DNA from: a virus
Direction: 5' to 3' (one strand)
DNA length: 64,000 nucleotides
Virus record (IMG/VR): IMGVR_UViG_3300034175_000017
Location: 17,357 to 81,356 of that record
Position numbers and translations under genes: made by a program
In this document: piece after piece, positions 9,834 through 17,500 of the stretch
Layout of the letters: the number at the start of each line of letters is the position of its first letter
How positions within the stretch are numbered: position 1 is the first letter of the stretch
Notes under the pieces: model-generated
Seen by the model: only the letters and a program-made list of their open reading frames with translations
What the model was told of the DNA's origin: nothing
The model's database searches: none

Positions 9834-10168
9834 AAATACAGGGCATGCTCCGCTGCCCACATAAGCATCCGCTCAATTACTTCACCATCAAGATCAACTT
9901 GATCCGGCTTGATGAGGTCGGCCTCAGGGTCCGTGATGATTTGGTTCTTGTCGGTGAGGCAGCGGCGGATGACGTAATCCTGTGTGAAGGGATCGTTCAT
10001 GAGCAAAGCCATTGCCGTCTGAGGATCAGGCAGCATCCGACGAATGTCCATCTCAAGACCGTAGGTCATCTTGAGGGGAGCTTTGCCGGTCTCTGGAGGG
10101 AAGGTGAAGAACAACTCAGGACGGGGCATATCCTTGAGTGCTTGAAGAGTTGCGGCCTGATCGTCCAT
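9695..10168 (-). CDS. Tail assembly chaperone (G-like)
   Basis: 157 aa next to the major tail gene; contains slippery heptamer in LYFF codons. Confidence 0.7.
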   Translation of the reverse strand: MDDQAATLQALKDMPRPELFFTFPPETGKAPLKMTYGLEMDIRRMLPDPQTAMALLMNDPFTQDYVIRRCLTDKNQIITDPEADLIKPDQVDLDGEVIERMLMWAAEHALYFFAKRTTGLANLSVQFQAMMPAPSVPLPNGSSPSTSEMPSVGDSTA

Positions 10169-10368
10169 TATTCTTTCTCCGATACGACCATTCGCTTGAC
10201 GAACTTGGCAATGGCCTCGTTCAGCGAAATGTTCTGCTTCATGCCGAGTGTGAGAAGCTCATTGACCTTTGCGTTCAAGTTGGTATTGTCGGCGCGTGCA
10301 AGGTCACTCATCTCGCTGTATCTCGCAAGCGGCACCCTGATTGTGAAACTACGGTGTGATTCAGCCAT
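10168..10368 (-). CDS. Ribbon-helix-helix (Arc-like) DNA-binding protein
   Basis: SFTIRVP strand followed by two helices; TAATG-coupled to the chaperone gene. Confidence 0.6.
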   Translation of the reverse strand: MAESHRSFTIRVPLARYSEMSDLARADNTNLNAKVNELLTLGMKQNISLNEAIAKFVKRMVVSEKE

Positions 10369-10477
10369 TATATCTTCCAGCGGTTATCTGTGGTTGTCTT
10401 CGTCTCTATTGAGTAAAACTCGAAAGAAGGCAAGGGACAATTACCAAACACCCGCGAGTTTCAAATAGGAGCCACAC

Positions 10478-11326
10478 ATGGCCGACGTTCAGAAGTCTGC
10501 ATTTTCTCTCTCCTCGGCCACGATCATGCTTGGCCGTGCATTTCAAGACGATGTTTTTGGTTTGAAGCCTGCCACCGATTCTGTCGGTATGGTCTCGGAA
10601 GTCAGCATCGGCATCGACAGTTCTATTACGGAACTGTTGAACGGCGTGCAGCAAGTTGCTGTTGACGCCAAGCGCACAGGCGTTTCGGCGTCGATCACTG
10701 GCAACGTGTTCGAGTTTACTGCTCAGAACTTTATGCGTTCGCAGGCAATGTCGGGCACGGCCACTCAGGTCAAGCGCGGCGTTCTGTCTGCTGACGTTGC
10801 TGGCGGTGCGGTTTCACTCTCGGTTACGTCTGACCCAATTCCGGGTGAAGCTGCCTCGGCCATCACGGCGATCAGCGACATTCCATCGGGTTCGACTATC
10901 CTGATCCAGCGCACTGGTGGTGAGACCGACTATGTGTTCCCGACCAAGACTTCGGCTGCTGCCACCGGCACTGGTCCGTATGTTCTGCCGATTGCTGCTC
11001 CGTATGCAATCCCTACCGGCACCACCTTCAAGGCCGGTGATCGCGTGTGGGTTGTTTCGCCTGTTGGTGTTGGCGATATGGATGCGGACGCACTCTTCTG
11101 TGCGAAGATTGTCGGCACCCTGTCGGGCTACGACCGTCCTGTGATGTATATCGCACCGAAGGTTCGCATGGTTCGCGGTTTCCAAGTCTCGTTCAACGAG
11201 ACGGCATACAGTTCTATGCCTTGGGAAATGCGTCCTCTGAACCTGTCGGCTGGTGAAGTGTCCTCGTCTGCCCGTCTTGGCGACATCGGCACCCGCCGCA
11301 CCGGACTGCTCTACGTCGGCGGTTAA
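10478..11326 (+). CDS. Major tail (tube) protein
   Basis: Strong RBS AGGAG, 282 aa, followed by a terminator; synteny. Confidence 0.75.
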   Translation: MADVQKSAFSLSSATIMLGRAFQDDVFGLKPATDSVGMVSEVSIGIDSSITELLNGVQQVAVDAKRTGVSASITGNVFEFTAQNFMRSQAMSGTATQVKRGVLSADVAGGAVSLSVTSDPIPGEAASAITAISDIPSGSTILIQRTGGETDYVFPTKTSAAATGTGPYVLPIAAPYAIPTGTTFKAGDRVWVVSPVGVGDMDADALFCAKIVGTLSGYDRPVMYIAPKVRMVRGFQVSFNETAYSSMPWEMRPLNLSAGEVSSSARLGDIGTRRTGLLYVGG

Positions 11327-11350
11327 TCTGTTACCCATTGACTGAACTTG

Positions 11351-11385
11351 AGGGGCGTTGCATTAGTGCAGCGCCCCTTTTGTTT
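11351..11385 (+). terminator. Intrinsic terminator
   Basis: aggggcgttgca-ttag-tgcagcgcccct then tttgttt. Confidence 0.8.
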
Positions 11386-11394
11386 GGACCGTAG

Positions 11395-11889
11395 ATGCAC
11401 ACCATTCCTGTTGAACACGTCAAGGACTCGCATCAGCTAATCGCTGAGGGGCGAGTAGACTTGTTCACCCTCACTCCTTCTGGCGGATCGGGCAACGTCA
11501 ACTTCAAAGCCGACAACGATGTAACCTATCGCGGCATCGTTTACACTGGCCTGCCAATGACCTTGAGTGGTGAGAAGCGCACGGCAGAGACCGGCCTCAA
11601 TATGCCCAAGCTCACTATCGGTCAGACCGACATTGACTTGTCGCTGTTCAAGCCAATGATCTATGACGGCTACCTCGACAACGCTGTGATCGTAAAATCC
11701 ACGGTGCTGACCAACAACCTCATCAACAACGCGAACATCCGTGAGCTTCGCACCTACCGCGTCAAGCGCGTTGAGCAGTATTCCCGCACGCAGATCATCA
11801 TGCAGCTTGCCACGCTGTCGGACAGCCTCGGCTTCATGATGCCCTATCGACAGTATCTCCCACCCGCATTCCCCACGGTGAAGCTGTGA
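11395..11889 (+). CDS. Minor tail protein (gpL-like)
   Basis: Precedes NlpC/JAB/I genes; LFTL, PKLTIG, PYRQY features. Confidence 0.6.
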   Translation: MHTIPVEHVKDSHQLIAEGRVDLFTLTPSGGSGNVNFKADNDVTYRGIVYTGLPMTLSGEKRTAETGLNMPKLTIGQTDIDLSLFKPMIYDGYLDNAVIVKSTVLTNNLINNANIRELRTYRVKRVEQYSRTQIIMQLATLSDSLGFMMPYRQYLPPAFPTVKL

Positions 11890-12368
11890 CCCTAGAAGAC
11901 CTCAAGTATGAGCACCTCCAAGCCATTCCTTTCACTGAGATTGGTGATCGCGATTGCTACGAATTGTGCCGTGACTTCTTCCGCGAGAACTTCAAGATCG
12001 AGCTAACGCCCTATGTGCGTCCGCACGATTGGGAGTCCGACAGCCTCGACCTGATCCGCATGTTCCACGACAACGAGGGCTTCGACAGCATCACCGATTG
12101 GCGTCCCAAGGACCTTCGCCCCGGCGACGTGCTGGCAATGTCTATCAACGAAAGCAACCCGAACCACCTTGCAATCTATGTGGGGGATGACAAAATCCTT
12201 CATCACCTGTATGGGCGCATGTCGCGCATTGAACCGCTGCACGGCTTCTGGCGTAACCACACGTCATTTATCCTTCGACACAAGGACGTTCCTGATCTAA
12301 GGCCCGTCTATCCCGATGTAGATTATATGGAATTGCTCCGTGCTAGAAACACTCCTCCAGCCGAATGA
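11886..12368 (+). CDS. NlpC/P60 tail tip assembly protein (C-terminal half of gpK)
   Basis: DCYELCRDF catalytic Cys; NHLAIYVGDDKILHH. Confidence 0.85.
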   Translation: MTLEDLKYEHLQAIPFTEIGDRDCYELCRDFFRENFKIELTPYVRPHDWESDSLDLIRMFHDNEGFDSITDWRPKDLRPGDVLAMSINESNPNHLAIYVGDDKILHHLYGRMSRIEPLHGFWRNHTSFILRHKDVPDLRPVYPDVDYMELLRARNTPPAE

Positions 12369-12672
12369 TCCTATCGAACGGTGCGGTCTCGTCCTAAAGG
12401 ATGGGTCCTACGTTGAGATAGAAAACATCGCAGATGACCCAGTAATAAGCTACGAGATGAGTCCCATTGAGGTGCTCCCTTACTTGACAGGGGATAGCAT
12501 CATCGGCACATGGCACACTCATCCCTTCTCCCCGCCGCGTCTCAGCGGTGAGGACTATGTTGGGTTCATGGGCTGGCCGCACCTCACTCATCACGTCATT
12601 GGCGTGGAGAATGGTGAGGTCAAGGTGAAGTCCTACTACATCAAGAATGGAGCTATTCTCGAATGCGATTAA
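12340..12672 (+). CDS. JAB/MPN metalloprotease (N-terminal half of gpK)
   Basis: ERCGLV ... WHTHP....SGED JAMM motif. Confidence 0.85.
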   Translation: MLETLLQPNDPIERCGLVLKDGSYVEIENIADDPVISYEMSPIEVLPYLTGDSIIGTWHTHPFSPPRLSGEDYVGFMGWPHLTHHVIGVENGEVKVKSYYIKNGAILECD

Positions 12673-13211
12673 TCTTCCACGGCATTCTCAGGGACCTATT
12701 CGGTCCAGAGGCACGGATGGAAGCATCGTCTATCAAAGAGGCGGTGGAAGGATTCTCACGTCAGGTAGATTGGCCCAAGGACCTTCGGGTTGATATTGTC
12801 GGCTACCGTGACGAACATAAGCTTCTCACCGAACGTCCAGATGAAATCAACATCATGCCCTCGCTGCATGGCGGCGGCGGCAAGTTCGGTCAGATTATCA
12901 TGGGTGCCGTAGTCGTGGCTATCGGTGCTGTTGTCTTCTTCACTCTCAGCCCCACAGTCGGCATTTCGCTGATGATTTCGGGCGGCATGATGATGGCACA
13001 AGGCGTGGTGGGCTTGTTCTTCAAGTCCCCTAAGATGGATAAGTCCGTCGATCCCGAAGACTCAAAATATCTCGGCATCAACCGAAATACTACGGCGGCA
13101 CGAACGCCGATCACAATGGCGTGGGGTCGTGTCAATCTTTACCCCCACTGGCTAAGCTTGCAGTCCGACAGCAATCAACTGTCGCATGGAGCTTTCCCTG
13201 TTACTCCTTAA
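12663..13211 (+). CDS. Tail assembly protein I-like
   Basis: Ubiquitin-like N-domain ending LHGGGGK, hydrophobic segment, PITMAWG motif. Confidence 0.8.
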   Translation: MRLIFHGILRDLFGPEARMEASSIKEAVEGFSRQVDWPKDLRVDIVGYRDEHKLLTERPDEINIMPSLHGGGGKFGQIIMGAVVVAIGAVVFFTLSPTVGISLMISGGMMMAQGVVGLFFKSPKMDKSVDPEDSKYLGINRNTTAARTPITMAWGRVNLYPHWLSLQSDSNQLSHGAFPVTP

Positions 13212-13223
13212 AGGATCATATAT

Positions 13224-14501
13224 ATGCGAAGCGGAACTACAGACAGTCTTGAGGAACTGAAGGCATGGGCAACACCCGCTCAAAGCCGCATCATCGACGC
13301 TATCCAAAGCGCGAACGGAAACAGGCGGGAAGCAGCGCGGGCGTTGGGTCTCCATCACAGCGTCGTCCAGCGGGCTATCAAACGCGTGAAGAAGAACGCA
13401 GCAGCGCACGGCTTCTCACCGGAGCATGGCTTGGAGCGGGTGATCCCGGCACCGTTCGTAGCGCGTGGCCACTCGACAATGGACAAGGTGGACCCGGAGA
13501 CGGGCGAGCGTCGAATGATGTTGCAGTGGACGAAGACTCGTCTGGACGACACACAGTGGGTTGAGAAGGTCGAGCAGGGCATCGCTGCCTTTGTCGAAGG
13601 CATCGAACACAACATCGTCATCCCTGACGCGCCACTTGACGCCGACGATGACATCATTCCTTGGATTCAGATCGGTGACGCTCACTTGGGTATGCTCGCT
13701 CATGAAGCCGAGACCGGCGCGAACTTCGACCTCAAGATCGCAGAGCGTGAACTGCTCACCGCCATTGCGATGCTGATTGCTGAAATGAAGCCTGTAAAGC
13801 GCATGGTCATCAACGACCTTGGCGACTTCACCCACTACGAGAACATGAAGGGCGAGACGGAGCACAGCGGTAACAAGCTGGACTACGATGGCCGCTTCCC
13901 CAAGATGATCGACGTTTACTCCCGCGTTATGCGGACCATCGTGGACCTTGCGCTCACGAAGGCCGAGACAGTGGACATCATCATCAATCAGGGCAATCAC
14001 TCCCGCACGAATGACATTTGGATGGCTGTCCTTCTGCGCGAGGTCTATGGTGCTTCTGGCCGCGTCAACGTGCTCAACAACCATTCGCCCTTCATCGGCT
14101 ACCGAATGGGCAACACGTTCGTAATGACCCACCACAGCGACAAGACTCGCCCCAACAAGCTGGCACAGGTGATGACCAGTGACTTCCGTCGTGACTTCGG
14201 TGAGACCGAGTTTCACTACATCGACATTGGTCACATCCACCACCACATGCGCTCTGTCGAGCATCCCGAAGTTATCATTGAGAGCTTCGGCATCCTAGCG
14301 TCCAAGGACGCCTACGCACACGACAACGGCTATCGCTCACGTCAGTCGATCACGGTCATCAATCGCAGCCGCAAGTATGGTGAGATTGGTCGTCGCCTTC
14401 TGCCGATCCAGCAGGTTCGTGATCGTATTCGTGCGATTGCAGAAGCCAGCGGCAAGGCAGTTCCTTACATGCCACAGCCGATTAAGTCCTTCACCGTATA
14501 G
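13224..14501 (+). CDS. HTH-fused calcineurin-like metallophosphoesterase
   Basis: NRREAARALG HTH; GDAHLG, LGDFTH, GNHS, HHSD, GHIHH motifs. Confidence 0.85.
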   Translation: MRSGTTDSLEELKAWATPAQSRIIDAIQSANGNRREAARALGLHHSVVQRAIKRVKKNAAAHGFSPEHGLERVIPAPFVARGHSTMDKVDPETGERRMMLQWTKTRLDDTQWVEKVEQGIAAFVEGIEHNIVIPDAPLDADDDIIPWIQIGDAHLGMLAHEAETGANFDLKIAERELLTAIAMLIAEMKPVKRMVINDLGDFTHYENMKGETEHSGNKLDYDGRFPKMIDVYSRVMRTIVDLALTKAETVDIIINQGNHSRTNDIWMAVLLREVYGASGRVNVLNNHSPFIGYRMGNTFVMTHHSDKTRPNKLAQVMTSDFRRDFGETEFHYIDIGHIHHHMRSVEHPEVIIESFGILASKDAYAHDNGYRSRQSITVINRSRKYGEIGRRLLPIQQVRDRIRAIAEASGKAVPYMPQPIKSFTV

Positions 14502-14555
14502 CGGTTGCCCACTGACCCCTTGATTTCGCCATGCTTTATCTGAAAAGGATAGGGC

Positions 14556-17500
14556 ATGGCGAAACCATATGAACAAGATGTCGTTTTAGACGCTGACGGC
14601 AAGCCGCTCTTTTCGGCTATGGATATTTTTCAACGTCGCGTTGATGCTATCCAGAAGACAATCACCAACATTCAGAAGGACAGCTACAAGACCGTAGCTG
14701 ACCTCAACAAGACCCTCGACGCCAACGTCAAGTCATTGCGCGATGCGATGAATGGTCTGCGTGCAGTCAGCACGCCCAAGGCTACCCGAGACCGAGACTA
14801 TACTGCTGCCCTCAAGGCCGAAGCCAATGCGGTCAAGGACACTGATCGTGTTGTTAAGGGTGCCCTTCGGGAGCAGGCCGAGCTTCGCAAGAAGGGCTAT
14901 GACGAAGCCCGCGCCTTTACGCTAAAGGAAGCCAAGGATCGTCAAGCGGCCAGCCGTGAGACTACTCAGCGTATTGCTGCTGACGAGCGTGAGGGTGCCC
15001 GCATCGTTGCAGAAAATAATCGTCGCCGGGTGCAGCAGGAGATTGAAACTCAGAAGCTCATCCGTGCTTCGCGTATCAGCGCAGCGCGTGACGAAGCTGT
15101 TGCAAACGCCAAGAGCATTCAGGATTCCAATGCTCTGACGCGTGCGCGTGTTGACAACATGAACAAGATGCAGATATTTCGTCAGGCGCAGAAGACCGAG
15201 ACGAACCCCGAGCAGCTTCGCGCACTGGCACAGCTTATTGCGATGGAGAAGGCGCGTGGCCAAGCTCTTGAGCAGAACATGCGGACCTTTGAAGCGGCTA
15301 ATCGTCGCATGTCCGGTCTCGACAACAAGACACAGAAGGCCCTTGCGCCTGCTGCCGCGCAGCGTGACGTGCAGATTTACGGTATATCCAACGCACGCAG
15401 CCGTGCTGTTGACGCGCAGACCCTAGCCACGCAGAACTTGCTGAACGCCGCTTCCGAGCGTGAGCGTGTTACTGCCCTGCAAAGTCTCGACCTTGCGCGT
15501 GCCAAGCTCGCTGCCATTGAGCGTATGGTCGCCAAGGAGAACCAACTGGCTGCTGCCGCCGAGCGCGTGAAGAAGGCCGACGAGCGGGCTGCTGCTGGCG
15601 ATGCAAACCTTAGCGGTCGCAGTCAGAAGATGCTGGCCAATCGCTATGCGACGGATGCCATTGCTTCGCTTGGTCCGCAGCAGGCTTTGAATGCTGCCTT
15701 GGGTCGTCAGCTTATTGCACAGAACGCTCTCAAGGGTGCCGTTGGTCAGCAGCAAGTCGCTGCTCAACGCCTGCTTGGTATTGAGGACGCTCGCGTTGCT
15801 GCTATTGAGCGTCAGATTGCCGCAGCCAGCCGTCGTGCGGCTCAAGATGCACGCGAAGCTGCGCGAGGTGCGCCCGGTCCTGAGAAAGAGAACCCGCTTA
15901 AGCGCATCCTGTCACCCGGCTACGCTGTCTCAGCTATCGCACGCACCGGAGTTTACGGAGCGGCTGCTGGTGCGGCTTACGGCGCGTTCAACGCGGCACA
16001 ATCCGGTCTGTCGAACACCATCGAAATCGAAGACGAGATGGTCAAGCTACAGGCCATTGCCAATGCGACCGATACGCAGATGCAAACGCTGCGTGGGTCG
16101 ATCTTCGCTATCGGTGAAACGTCGCGGTTCGCCACGACTGATCTTATCAAGATTTCACAGACCCTCGCACAGGCTGGTGTCGCCGCTGGTGACATGCAGA
16201 AGGTGCTGGCATCTGTCACCACGCTCGCTACCGCATCAGGTTCCACGCCTGAGGAAGCTGTGCAGCTTGTCACGTCGGCCCTTGGATCGTTCCAGTTGTC
16301 GGCCAGCGAGAGCAGCCGCGTTGCTGACCTGATGACTGAAGCTCTGAACCGCACCAAGTTGACGGTGCAGCAGGTTGGTCAGGCCATCCAGTATGTCGGT
16401 GCCACCGCATACGAGCAGAACATCAGCCTTGAGCAGTTGCTTGCCACTGTTGGTTCCGTCGCACAGGCTGGTATCAAGAGCGGTTCCACCATCGGCACCG
16501 GCTTCCGTCAGTTCCTTGTGGACTTGCAGGACCCAAGCAAGAAGCTCACCGAGCAGCTTACGCTTCTCAAGCTAACCTCGGCTGACATTGACGTGAGCGT
16601 GCGTGGCTTGCCTGCTGTGCTCGACACGCTGCGTAACGCTGGCTTCGGTGCCTCACAGGCTTACGCTGGTCTTGAGACCCGCGCTGCTGCGTTCTACCTG
16701 ACCGCGAAGAACAACGTGGACGTGGCTGACCAGTTGCAGTTGTCGTTCTCGTATTCGACGGCTGCGTTGGTAGCTAACGAGCGTGCGATGAACTCGGTCA
16801 CGGCTCAGTGGCAGCGGTTCAAGAACATCGTCGGCCAGCAGTTTACAGAAGATATGCAGGGCGTCGTCAGTCAGATGGAGAATACTCTCCGTTGGATCAG
16901 CGATAAGCTTGTGCAGTCCGAGAAGTTGTTAGACGAGCGTCAGGGTCGTCGTGACAAGGGTCAGGAGAAGTTCTATGAAATGGACATCACTGGCGGCTAC
17001 AGCAACACCGAAGGTTTGGCTGGTGGTCTCAATAGCCTGATCTCTCTCGTCTCTACGAACGATAGTGTTGCTCAGTGGTTCGTTGATATTCAGAAGAGCA
17101 GCGACGGAGCTAGTGCTGCTTCGGAGCGTCTCGGCACGCAGATCAACGAGACCAGCGGTAAGATTGATGAGCACAAGCAGCGGGTTACTGAACTCGACAA
17201 GGAGCTTATTCGTCTCATCACGCAGAAGGATACTCTGCGGAACAACGACACACGCTCTGCTGCGGAGACTGCTACTCTTACGTCGCGCTTCGTTGGTCTT
17301 GCCAATCAGTTGACCGTAACGGGCAATCGTTACGATGATCTTGTGCAGGCTGCTCGTCGGTATCGGCTTGAGCAGTTGCGCCTTATGGGTGTCGAGCTTC
17401 AGGTCCAGCAGCTACAGCTTGGCCAGCAGTCACGTGAGTCCCGCAGCAACTTGCGGACTAATCTTTATCAGATCAACAACAACGCCGAAGTCATGGCGGC

